Shown here: positions 23,061-35,565 of the stretch, piece after piece
Position numbering within the stretch: the first letter of the stretch is position 1
Layout of the letters: every line of letters starts with the position of its first letter
Source: Eledone cirrhosa
Lineage: Eukaryota
NCBI GenBank assembly: GCA_964016885.1
Contig: OZ024745.1
Location: 120,900,001-120,964,000 of the forward strand
DNA: 64,000 nucleotides
Direction of reading: 5' to 3'
Program-made: the position numbers and the translations under genes
The notes under the pieces: model-generated
Database searches by the model: none
What the model saw: only the letters and a program-made list of their open reading frames with translations
Told to the model about the DNA's origin: nothing

Positions 23061-25144
23061 ATATGTTGATGGTGAAATTATAAATATAGACAATATGTTT
23101 GAATGAATGACTGTTTAGAATCTATAAGTAAAATACAAGTATAATATCTATAAGAACTTAATACCAGATTGGTAAAGTTTAATCATGTAATACATGCCAG
23201 CATGGAAAGTTTACATAAAATTATGTTAGTTTACAAGGGCTTTGGCTAAAGACTGTTTTGTAGATTGGTTAATAACATAGCACACTCACCAGGCCTTTTT
23301 GAAACCCTAAAAAGTACTTTGCTTCTTTATAAAAGAAAACAGAAAATTTAAAATTGACATACAACTACCACCTTAATAATCATCTCACTAGGTTTCTTAT
23401 AAGTTTAGAATAGATATGTGCTAAAGTTGAGAGTGACGTCCAGAAAATTAACTAGTGAGATTTGTTGATATGGTGATTTTCAGTCTTAAAATGTTGAGGA
23501 TTTTAATAATAATAATAATAATGAAATTATTGTGTAAAGTGCTCAGGTGCACTACAACTCATCAAAGGTGCATGTATAGTACATAGAATAATATACAAAT
23601 GTCAGGGAAGTGAATAGTGTATGAATCATGATATACATGTGTGTATGTGTATGGAGGGGGAACATTAGGTGTAGTGTTGGCGAATCTCAGGAAGCATGGA
23701 GGTTTTAAAGGATGCAGTGCAATTTTGAGCACATTCTTCCTGAATTTATCTAGACTTTGCTCACAAGCAGGAAATGGTTAATTAATCATCATAGTATAGG
23801 CCAAAATTTACTGAAATAAGTCTAAGATATATATTTGTTTCTACTTTTGACACAAGGCACAAAGCCAGCAATTATCCCAGTGTATTACTGGTGCTTTATT
23901 TTATCAACCTTCATAAGGATGAAAGGTAAAGTTAACTTCGGCAGGATTTGAACTCAGAATGTAAAGGGCCATAACTCTATGCCGCAAAGCATGCCATCTG
24001 ATGCTCTACCGATATTGCCAATCCACTGCTCTATAATCTAAGATATATAATACAATAAGATTACAAACTTTTGCACTGATGAACAAACTCATGCTTACAT
24101 TCAAAGACCCAACTCGGTTCTATCTCTCCATCTAGGCTGAATCTTTATCATTGAGCAATATTTTCCTTGTATATATTATTATTTCTGTATATAGAGCAGT
24201 GGATTAGCAGTGTTGTTAGAGTGTCAGACTACATGCTTTATGGCATAGGGTTATGACTCTTTACGACCTGAGTTCAAATCCCGCCGAGGTTAACTTTGCC
24301 TTTCATCCTTACAGGGTCGATAAAATAAAGTACCAGTCATGCACTGGGGTCGATTTGATTGATTTTCCCCTCCCCAAAAGTTGCTGGCTTTGTGCCTATA
24401 TAAGAAACCTTTATTTCTATATATATGTGTATTGTTCTACTTTTCTGTCTCGTGACAATCTTCTTAATTAAAGGGAGAGATTTATTTTCCCTTTTACAGT
24501 AATAGGGGCAGCCTCTCCTCCTGTTTTCTTCCTCGCACCCAGAATGTCTGCTTTCTTCTGACACCAAACGGCCTATAACCATTGTAAACTAACAATTGAT
24601 TGTATGACACAAGCTGAGAGTATCTTTGGTTGTATTAGTAGCTGTTTCATGTTGCAAAATGGAAAATATGACATCATTTATAATAATAATAATAATGAAA
24701 TTATTGTGTAAAGTGCTCAGGTGCACTACAACTCGTCAAAGGTGTATGTATAGTACATAGAATAATACACAAATGTCAGGGAAGTACATGTGTGTATGGG
24801 TTAGCTGTAGTGTTGGCGGATCTCGGGAAGCATGGAGGCCTTAAAGGATGCAGTGTCTCGACAGCTAACAACTGATGCAGGTAGTTTGTTCCATGCTTCA
24901 GCAACTCTGAGCTGTTTAAATCTGTGGATTTTCAGGGACAAGTTTTATTTGTTAGAAGAGTAAATGCAAATGTTAAGGAATGGAAGTTTCCAGTAGCCTT
25001 GGCACCAGAAAAGTTTTGTATGTGTGTGTGGCAGGGGCAAGTGTAAAACAAAGTAAACAAAAACAATCTATACAAGGGGACATAATTGTATAAACTCAAG
25101 GATAATATATATTTATTGGTATTATTCATTTTTTCATGTGCTTT

Positions 25145-25318
<174 letters not shown>

Positions 25319-26090
25319 GTTTTGATTAAGTCCCCTCATCTCACAAGTGGAGAGTTCTTGAGCCAAACATCTGTGAAACATATGTAACAGTCAATATATA
25401 ATAAAAACATTTTAAAATGAAACTTCATTATGTCATACTCCATATATATATAATATATATATATAGATAGAGAGATAGAGGTATGCATGTAAGCATGTAA
25501 GTATGTAAACATACACAAACTAAACACATATGGTCGTAAACAAATATTAATGTGAAAGAGAGAAGACTGCGCTGGTATAAACATGTGAAGTATGGATGAT
25601 GACCGCTGGGTGAAGAAGTACTAGATGGCAGTGAAAAGATGGTATAGGAGAGGAACTGAGGAACACCTGGGCAAAGGTGATTAGAGCTGATCTCAAAATA
25701 CTGAACCACACAGAGGAAGGTTATGAGTGGAGACACACTGTGCCCGTCCGACCTATGCAATCATGGAAAAACACATAAAATGATGATGAAGAGGAGGATG
25801 TGAATGCATTTAATGTAAATATGGCGAAGAATATTAATTGCCATTGAGTTTTCTAGAGTTATCCCCCCTAGCATGTATATGGCGATTTGTTTACCTGTTA
25901 GGTGCAATAAATGCTTTGTTAATTCAAGATACACGATCATAGGAAATGCGAAACTATTAGCAACAGCCAAGGAATAATTTTAAATGCTTGTGTTGGGACA
26001 GATGCATTTCAAATTTTTCCAATGCTTCCAAAGTCAACCGCTTTGTTTACAAACAAGGAATAATTTATACTTTTCATTATATTTTTCCCC

Positions 26091-26142
<52 letters not shown>

Positions 26143-26593
26143 TATTAGTATTGGTGCTCTGAAATAGCGATGTATACATGAATGTATGTATAATATATTT
26201 GCCAATATACCGTATGTTTAATTAAAAACATTTAGAGGACCATTCGCTATTAGTTTTAAAGTAGTGACTATGTCATTTATTTTCGAATATGTTTGTATGA
26301 TCGTCTGTATGATTGTTCGTATGCCACTAGTTTTCTATTTCCACATATATTTATATTCCATTGACTCTTGTGAAGTGTGGCAGATTGCTGCTAAATCGTT
26401 GGTCGTTTTCTTTTCTTTTATTTTATTTCTCTCGTATTTGATCTTATATTTCGGTATGGTTATATTTGTGAGTTTCCTAGCAAACGTTAATTCTATTTAT
26501 TATATGTGTTTATATTTTCTATCTGAAAGAATTGTGAACAATTTCTAATGTTATTTATACAACTGTGAATAAAATTTCTTCATTTTATGTCTC

Positions 26594-26643
<50 letters not shown>

Positions 26644-26749
26644 TGTTCTTTAAAATACATCCTTATATCTCTGTGTGTGTGTGTGTTCTTTAAAACACAC
26701 CCCTAACCTATTGGTTAAATTGACATATTTTATATTAAATTATGATATT

Positions 26750-26780
<31 letters not shown>

Positions 26781-26871
26781 AACTTGAATCCTGAGGAAAT
26801 ATTCAATTTATCAGCAATGTCACAGGTCACATTTGATAAGAAATGTCAGAAATTACATATGTCATAGTTAG

Positions 26872-27095
26872 TTAGGCAATGTTTATGTCAACATTTTGCT
26901 TATGTTTGCAGCAACGACTTTTACAGTTTAAAGTAGGAGATACATAGCCAGGGAGAAAAGGAATGTATTGGAATATTTTGGGCTGCTTATCAACTGTTTT
27001 GATAAATGGGAGTCCATAAGACATATCATTTTCATCTTTTTGTTCATCAACAGATATTTCTTGCCAGGCAATGAAACCCCTCTCTTCCAGCGTAC
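26872..27095 (-). CDS. SLC23/NAT transporter, last coding exon (GTLEERG...YIPFLP...NIA*)
   Basis: Acceptor ttttcAG, phase 1. GTxEERG is the conserved SLC23 C-terminal motif. Stop TAA at 26872-74. Confidence 0.92.
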
Positions 27096-27539
27096 CTGAA
27101 AATATTCAATGTTTAAAATCTTAATAGACAGTGTATAATACAAATATCATTAGAATACAAGGTTAGCTGTGTGATAACAGTTAATTGTAATGGTAGGAGT
27201 TAGTAATAATATAGAATATACCATGTTAATGAGAGTGTGTAGTATAGTAGTTTAGTAAGACAGAGGACTATTACCACCACACAACCTGTGGTAGTGTTAA
27301 TGCCACAAAAAATTGCACCCAGTACATTCTGTAAAGTGGTTGGTGTTCAGAAGGACATCCAGCCATAGAACACATGCTAACTATGGAACATGAGCAAGAT
27401 AAGTTCACTCCAACCAGACTGGTCTTCTACTGTAACAACCCGTCCAACCCATGCCAGCATAGAAATCAGATGTATGATGAGTCTCCTCATTTTCCATACT
27501 TGCATGGGTTAGACTTAATATAAAACCACACATCATAAT

Positions 27540-30235
27540 TGTCAGGCAGCCATGATGGAAGGATTAGATGACAGTTCTAACCTTGTAAATGGAGAGCAAA
27601 ACAAGTTTCAATAAAAGCTTTCTTTTGAATTGGTTTACAACAATTTCATTCAAGCTTGTTCTAAATGGATGTCAAATTGTTCAAGAAGACTGCCAGACAA
27701 CACAACTAAGAAAGATTACACTTACTGGAAATGAATGCTACACATCTACATAACAAAAGCAAAAATTCCAGGTAAATCCAAACTGGAGGTACTTAGTCCT
27801 TTGTGGAGCCAAGACCTACCCAATTGTAGAAGAATCAAAAACCTTCAATGCAGCAACAGAACGCCTGGACTCCAAGTTTATGAAGAAAGGTTCAGCCATA
27901 ATGATCCATAATAAGCTATGAACTCACAAAGAAAAGGAAAATGAGTCTATAGAGGAGTTTATTAAAATGTAAAATCCAAGCCCTCACTGCAGACTGCTAC
28001 CAAGAAATTCTCATTGGTGATGCCTTTGTAGCTGGGCTTCCATCACCACTAATCAGAGATTTCTTGAGTCAACAGATGACAACCTCGAAATGCTCTATAA
28101 ACTGGTTCAAACCATGGAGGAGGCTACTGAGGACACTTGCAACACGTCACAGAGCTCAACTGGTAGTGGTCAACCACCCATTTTTTAACCCTCATGAAGA
28201 CCATAAACCTGGCACTTCTCTCTCTACAACTGGATAAAGGACAATGACAGGCAGTTCTTCCCATGGTAATATCAACCATGAGAAGACTCCCCTGTACAGC
28301 TACCAATACAACCCCTCATTCCCATGGTAATATCAACCATGAGAAGACTCCTCTGTACAGCTACCAATACAACCCCTCATTCCCATGGTAATATCAACCA
28401 TGAGAAGACTCCTCTGTACAGCTACCAATACAACCCCTCATTCCCATGGTAATATCAACCATGAGAAGACTCCTCTGTACAGCTACCAATACAACCCCTC
28501 ATTCCCATGGTAATATCAACCATGAGAAGACTCCTCTGTACAGCTACCAATACAACCCCTCATTCCCATGGTAATATCAACCATGAGAAGACTCCTCTGT
28601 ACAGCTACCAATACAACCCCTCATTCCCATGGTAATATCAACCATGAGAAGACTCCCCTGTACAGCTACCAATACAACCCCTCATTCCCATGGTAATATC
28701 AACCATGAGAAGACTCCTCTGTACAGCTACCAATACAACCCCTCATGAGCAAATGTTCAAATTCTCAAGATCATCAACAGTGGGAACCATTCTACCTGAA
28801 TTTCTCCAGAAAGCTGAGATCACAATCCTGCATCATTGACACCTCAGAAATAAGGTTGATCCACTCATAAAAAACGTTAAATTATTGAAGACAATTTCTC
28901 CCTACTTTAACAGAGTAGAATTTGGAAATGGACAAGTGGCTACCATGTCAATAGATGATCTCACTCCAGCAAAACACTCTCTCATTCAAGGAAGGAACAA
29001 TAGAACACAAACACAATCAGAACTAACTCAACAAACAGCTCAACACAGAACTACAAGATCCACACATCAGCAATCAACAGGGAATTGATCTCAACAGTAC
29101 AACAATAGAATCCATGTATCCACAAAGAAACAGAGCTCACAACTTGGCACATGAAAACACTGACAGATTAACAACTGATGAAGAGTTCACCTGAATGAGA
29201 ATAATACGGGCAACAAAATATCAGCCATTCAAGAACAAAAGAAGGAGAAGAAGCCTGAGATCAGAGAAAATTATCAAGACCCTTCCTTTCTAAAAGACTA
29301 TGTTTTAAATGTGCCATAGTTGACTTTTCTCTCAACAGGGAAGACTGTTATGAACTATAATATTCTCTTATTAATTCTTTTCTATAATAGTGTAGCGGAG
29401 CTACTTACATGGCGTGTACCAATAATCAATCCATGCGTGATTTGGTTAAGTTAGACCAATCGTAAGCCACGCATGGATATATATCAATTTTCACCCAAAC
29501 AAAGATTTTCCCGCTTCGTTTGTTTACACTAAGCAGTTGCTGCCTTGGACCCCGAGACGTCAACACTTGCCATCATGTAGCAGTAAAGTTTCACTTCGGC
29601 CTGTTGGCCTCATGTGGCCAGGCACAGCACTTTTCTTTACTTCTTAACTCTTAATTTTGTTTGTTCCTTTTTAAACGGCATGCCAGCACAACTTCTGTAA
29701 TCCTTTCGGTTTGTAAATAAAACATGTAAAAATGTTATCGGGTGTTAGAATGTTATGTTTTTACCACAGCCATCGACTCTGGACTTGATATGGAAAGAAT
29801 CCTTTTCCCAAGGTATTTATCATAACAACAGTTTAATACTTCTTTCGTGGCTACAGGACTTACAACCAAACTTCACTTCTTACATTCCTCTTTAATACAA
29901 ACATACATTTACTTCAACAGACACAACCGGCTAACATTGCCTCTCTCACATAATATATCATTACATTTCTCGCTATAACAATTAGCTGGACAACTCATGT
30001 GCTATCAACAAATAACAATAATTTCTCTTATTCTTATTATGCCAACACGGCATAATATTATTTTTCTGCTAAAATAGTAAATAGATAAAAACACAGAGAT
30101 CCTATTTTGAATTGAGTATGAAAGTGTGGCGCAGTATTGAATGATGCCGTGCAGCCACAATGGATGGATTAGATGAGAGTGCCAACCTTTTAGATGGAGA
30201 GCAGAACAAGTTTGAATAAAAGCCTTCTTTACAAC
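27540..30235 (+). mobile_element. Decayed, internally deleted Gypsy-type LTR retrotransposon
   Basis: Gag-like ...ENESIEEFI...ALTADCYQEILIGDAFVAGLPSPLIR (~27700-28070). Integrase C-terminus-like RNKVDPLIKNVKLL..PYFNRVEFGNGQVATMSIDDLTP (28845-28970). PSFLKDYVL is followed by a purine tract and TGTTATG at 29346. Diverged ~90-bp direct repeats with AATAAA ending TACAACA lie at ~27540-27642 and ~30145-30235. Confidence 0.7.
28260..28746. repeat. 61-bp minisatellite x8 inside the Gypsy remnant
   Basis: Unit CCATGGTAATATCAACCATGAGAAGACTCCTCTGTACAGCTACCAATACAACCCCTCATTC starting at 28261, 28322 ... 28688. Copies nearly identical. Confidence 0.97.
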
Positions 30236-30595
30236 AACCAAATCTCCTGTCTGGGGATAATTCGGTTTCTTGATACATTGCTTTTGACTACAGAAATTTA
30301 TGAATCATAGTTTTTCTTTCTTTCCTCCAACCAACCATGGAAGTCTTACAAAACCTGTCATGGCTTCACTCTCCCTTTCCTCCCAGCAACCTTCGAAGCC
30401 CTACAAAACCTATCATGGCTCCTCTCTCCCTTTCCTCCAACCAGTCATGGAAGTCTTACAAAACCTGTCATCGCCTCACTCTCCCTTTCCTCCAACCAGT
30501 CTTGGGGATCAAGACTGGTTGGAGACAAACACATTATGGGCACTGGCTTCTTCTAGCTAAGCCATCAAAAAATTATAAAATAATTAGCAACGTAC

Positions 30596-30691
30596 CTGGT
30601 ACAGTGTTGTCAAGGAAGCAAGCAAGGGCACCACCAACAAAATTAGCATTTCCTAGCAATGTTTGTAATATATTATTTATTTCTGTGTAAC
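30596..30691 (-). CDS. SLC23/NAT exon (GYTEINNILQTLLGNANFVGGALACFLDNTVP)
   Basis: AG/GT sites, 96 nt, phase 1-1. FVGG..A..LDNT(V/I)PG is the SLC23 TM14 motif. Not in the ORF track. Confidence 0.92.
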
Positions 30692-31519
30692 CTAAATAAT
30701 AAGAAAAAAAATGAGTTAAGTGTCATTGATAATTTCAGTTCTAAAGTATATTCAAGCACATCAAATAAAAAAATAACAACAGTAGAATATTACTGGTATT
30801 AAAATAGAGGGTGAAGAATATTATAATGTGACATGTATAAACCATGTTATATGAAATAAATACTATATTTTTAATGATAGTTTACTAGTAAATGGTAAAA
30901 CAGTAGATGATGAAGAAAACATATACAGGAAAATAAATTATGTTGTCTAAAATAACAGCATCAATGTCTGAGAATGTTATAAACTAAAGAAAAAAATATT
31001 ACATAAGAAAAACAATAAGGGAGCTTCTAGTTACATAAACTGCTAGAAATAGAAACCCCTCAGATCACATCCTTAAAAAAGGAAAGGACATATAGGATAA
31101 TGTAATCCTAAATAACAGGTAACAGCTGGAATGTTTTTGACAATAAATGAGGGCTAATTTTGGGGCTAATCAACAACAAATAATAAACACATTTTAACAC
31201 TGAAATTAAGTCCAAGTAATAGTGTAAATAGCTGTCTAAACAAACTTCTCGTTAAGCTAATAAGGAGGTTTCTATGTGTTGCTCAACCTGTAAAAAGTAG
31301 CATCCAAATCTCCCTAAAACCACGACCTATAGCTTGAAAATAAATAACTGGGAGGTCACATAACCTTAACGCTCCGGTGCATTAAGTCGCCAATAGAGTA
31401 ATCTCCCCTTAATACATAATGCAGTGTCAAGGGAAGTAATTATAAAAATATCTAACACGTTAAAGATTAAGTAACTACATAACAACATTTTTAAAACTTC
31501 AATAAAAGAAAATATTTAC

Positions 31520-31793
31520 CAGTATTAAAAGGTTTTTTAGTGTTAGAAACATAATAAGGTACCATGAGACCAAACAAAAGTGAGATGCCAATGATAGCTA
31601 AGTTGCGAGATGAGTTCATATCTATGTACATCATGTTGGAAAGTACTAATCCAATAAATATACCAAAACTGATAATTTGTACTCCTCCAAGTACGGGGTA
31701 AGGAATTATCACAAAAATGGCACCAAGTTTTCCGAGGACTCCAAATACAATGAATATGACGCCAACCATTTGGAATACACGTCTGCTTCCAAC
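31520..31793 (-). CDS. SLC23/NAT exon (VGSRRVFQ...GKLGAIFVIIPYPVLGG...DMNSSRNLAIIG)
   Basis: AG/GT sites, 274 nt, phase 0-1. Hallmark VGSRRV, P.PVLGG and D.NSSRNL motifs. Confidence 0.95.
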
Positions 31794-31869
31794 CTAGAAT
31801 ATAAGAGTACGTCATTAGTAATTGATTATATTCATATTTTTCTCCATAAACTCAATTCATGCTTTAAAA

Positions 31870-32297
31870 CAGGTTCTCAAAGTGGGCACTACCACCCCCA
31901 GAAGGCTTGTTAAGAAGGTCCAGGGGGCACTGGGGTCTAAGGAGGCGGTAGGTGGCACGGTAGAGGTGATATAATAGTATATTAAATATCAAATGATACA
32001 TATTATATATAAATATAGTAAAATAAAAAATATATAATATTTATACATAGTATAACTTTGCCTTTCATCCTTACGGGGGTCGATAAAATAAAGTACCAGT
32101 AATGTACTGGGTAATTGCTGGCCTTGTGCCTAAAGTAGAAACAATTATTTATTATATATAAATAAACGATTATATTTATTATATATTATTTACAATTTGC
32201 ATGTAGGTAGGTCTCTCTGGAAATAGGGGTTGGAGGGTACTGAGGGTGTTACATGGCAGTGAGGGTGGCGGTGGCCCAAAAAGTTGAAGAAACTCTG
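31870..32297. mobile_element. hAT-type MITE with 8-bp TSD (contains a SINE fragment)
   Basis: CTTTAAAA (31862-69), CAGGTTCTCAA...TTGAAGAAACTCTG, CTTTAAAA (32298-305). Confidence 0.8.
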
Positions 32298-34129
32298 CTT
32301 TAAAAGATATAGCTGCTAACAGCATTATGAAATGAGTAACTATATACAACTGCAGCATATAGTCTAGAGAATTTGAAGGGTGTTTTATGTCAGTGAATGT
32401 GAATTCAGTTAAAAATAAAAACTGAGGTGTGTCAATGTGTAGTGAGGAGAAGAAATATATAACATGCTGTAGAAATATAAGTGTTGTAGTTTAGCTGAAG
32501 CATTATGGAATATTTAGAATACTGTGTTATAGAAAGCTATAACAATGCATATCAAACATTCACTCTTTAGCATTTAAACCGGCCATATCCGGCCAGAATT
32601 CCCTTACCTCTTTCTGTTCAAACTGGCTGTAACAGGCCACTCATACTGATGTTAAGGTATTGTTCTCAAAATAAATAACATCAAAATCTCATAGATTTGA
32701 TATTATGTGCGATACTATGTGAGGCAAAGCCTTTACCACAAAAATACAATAGTATATATAATTGTTTCTACTTTTGACACAAGGTCAGCAATTAACCAGT
32801 GTATTACTGGTACTTTATTTTATCGACCCCGTAAGGATGAAATAGTATATATAATGTAAATACTAAAGGGTTACAGAACAACAATAACATTGAATTCAGG
32901 GTCAATTTAATCGATTTTCCCCTCCTGTCAAAATTGTTGCCTGAATCAGAAATTATTATTAGGTGGATTGGCAGTATCGGTAGAGGGTTGGATGCCATGC
33001 TTTGCAGCATAGACTTACGGCTTTTTACAGTCTGAGTTCAAATCCCGCCGAGGCTAACTTTGCCTTTCATCCTTACGGGGTCGATAAAATAAAGCACCAG
33101 TTGTGCCAAAGGTAGAAACAATTATTGATAATAAATGCTTTGGAGGCATATAGTTAAGTCCCTTTACGCTCGAAGTTAGCTTTGCCTTTCATCCCTACAG
33201 GGTCAATAAAATAAAATAGAGTAACACACTGGGGTGAATTTAATCAATTTTCCCCTTCTCCCAAAATTGTTGGCCTTATGCCTAAATCAGAAACCATTAT
33301 CATTTGCTGTTTGACCTACACTGCCATAACACTATATTCTAAATATAAAATGGCACAGGAAACAAGAGAAATATCAATTTGAATGTATGATATATTTGTT
33401 CATAGTATTATATATTTATATAATTTGGGAATAAACTATTGAAAAAATGAAAATGAAAAAGTTCTATTTTAAATTAATTTTATCTGTAAAACACGTTTGT
33501 CAACAAATTCCAACTGGCTTATTTTTTTAACATTCATTAACTGTTCATATAGAGTAAGTGTCTGTGTCAGGGACTACAAGCTGAATAAATCAATTGTGTG
33601 CACGAGAGAGAGGAGGTATTTGTAATAGCTAGAATTAGTATACATTAGTAAAAGACATACACATACATATATACAACAATCTTTATTGTTACCAACCCAC
33701 CTGTGGGTCTGTGAAACAAATCACCCATTTTATATGGGTTCTTATATAAAATGTGATGATGCATGGCTTAGTGGTTAAGGTGTTCAGCTAACAATTCTAA
33801 GGTTGTGAGTTTAATTCCCAGATCATGTGGCACATTGTGTCCTTGAACAAGTCACTATTTCATGTCGCTCCAGTCTTCTCAGCTGGCAAATATGGGATGT
33901 ACTTGTAAAAGAAGGGGCCAGCTTTTGCCAGGCATCGTATTATGCTGAATCACTGAGAACTAAGTTAAATGTGCTTGTGCTTGTGGAATGCTCAGGTACT
34001 TACATATTAATTTCATGAGCAAGAACACTTGTCATTGGAAACAATGGATGTCCAACAACAACTATTTCAGTCAAAAACCTTTCAGCATAATTTTATATAA
34101 GAACCTTTATGTTACAAATACCATCTTAA

Positions 34130-34402
34130 TAATGGTTTCTGATTTAGGCACAAGGCCAACAATTTTGGGGGAGGGAAGTCGATTAAATCAACCCTAGTGT
34201 GTTACTGATACTTTATTTTATCAACCCTGTAAGGACAAAAGGCAAAGCTAACCTTGGCAGAAGTTCAAATCCCACCGAGGTTACCTTTATCTTTCATCCT
34301 ACAGGGGTCGATAAAATAGTACCAGTAACACACTGGGGTTGATTAAATCAACTTTCCCTCCCTCAAATTGTTGGCCTTGTGCTTAAATCAAAAACCATTG
34401 TT
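34130..34402. mobile_element. Head-to-head dimer of two SINE1 3' halves flanked by one 14-bp direct repeat
   Basis: Minus-strand SINE half 34130-34260 fused to plus-strand half 34263-34402. AAATACCATCTTAA at 34116-29 and 34403-16. Confidence 0.8.
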
Positions 34403-34794
34403 AAATACCATCTTAAAAATGAAACAATTATTTTAGTTTACACCTATTTCCAAAGTTTTCATTTATAAATTAGAACACAGTTTATTTCATTAAAAATGTG
34501 GTGATGAAAGAGTTAAAATTCTAAACAATTAACCCTTTAGCATTTACATTACTCTATATACACTATTGTATTTTCATAGTAAAGGCTTTATCTCACATAA
34601 TATCGAATCTATGAGATTTTGATGTTATTTATTTCGAGAACACCACCTTAACATCAGTATGAGTAGCTGGTTATGGCTAGTTTGAAAAGAAAGAGATGAG
34701 AGAATTCTAGCCAGTATGGCCGGTTTAAATGCTAAAAGGTTAAAATTTAGGTCAAACAAGTAAAATAAATATATACAGTTTAATTACAAATTAC

Positions 34795-35048
34795 CTTTGT
34801 TATTCCAATTGCTCCGATGTTTCCTCCATAGGTACTGGTGCCATGTCCAGCCCCAAAAGCTCCTGCAAGACAACTGGCAAAGCCCTCAATCATGATACCA
34901 CGGTTAACAGCATGGCTAGGGGGTGGTGGTAGACCACACATCCGAGCACATGCATAGTAGTCCCCAATTGAATCAATGATTGATGTCATTGTAGCTATAA
35001 GAAAACCAACAAATGCAGAAGCTAGGAAGTTAGGTGAACCAAACTGAC
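34795..35048 (-). CDS. SLC23/NAT exon with TM8 and NAT signature (SIIDSIGDYYACAR...HAVNRGIMIEG...STYGGNIGAIGITK)
   Basis: AG/GT sites, 254 nt, phase 1-0. Clear match to the SLC23 pattern ESIGDYYACAR / HAINRGI / NIG.LGITK. Confidence 0.96.
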
Positions 35049-35565
35049 CTGTAAAGATAAACAATTGTCAGTTTTAATACAAATATCCATTACTAAACAT
35101 CATTATTATTTAACGTTTACTTTCCTTGCTAGCAATGATTGGACAAATAATAAATATGCAGCAAACTAACATGAAAGCATTCCCATGACCTGTCAACCTG
35201 CTAAAAATAGCAGCAAAATTTCCCTCGTATACCCCACCAGGCAAAATGGACTCTGGAATTAAAATACACCATTTAATTAGTTCCTATTTAACCCTTTAGC
35301 ATTTACATTACTCTATATTTACTGTTGTATTTTCGCAGTAAAGGCTTTACCTCACATAATATCGAATCTATGAGATTTTGATATTATTTATTTTGAGAAC
35401 ACCACCTTAACGTCAGTATGAGCAGCTGGTTACGGCTGGTTATAAGAGAAAGAAGTGAGAAAATTCTGGCCGGATACAGCTGATTTAAATGCTGGGTTAA
35501 ATAAAAATCTTCCAAAATAATTTTATACATGATCCATATGTTAAGTTACTATCTTAGTAATGAAA

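Noticed and set aside
28260-28746. CRISPR-like array (also 39070-39450, 42624-42966, 57890-58230)
   Set aside because: Head-to-tail repeats without unique spacers, no cas genes, eukaryotic context.
29585-29625. Minus-strand hammerhead-like GGCC-AACA-GGCC stem
   Set aside because: The core reads CACATGA and GAAG rather than CTGATGA and GAAA, and stems I and III do not form.
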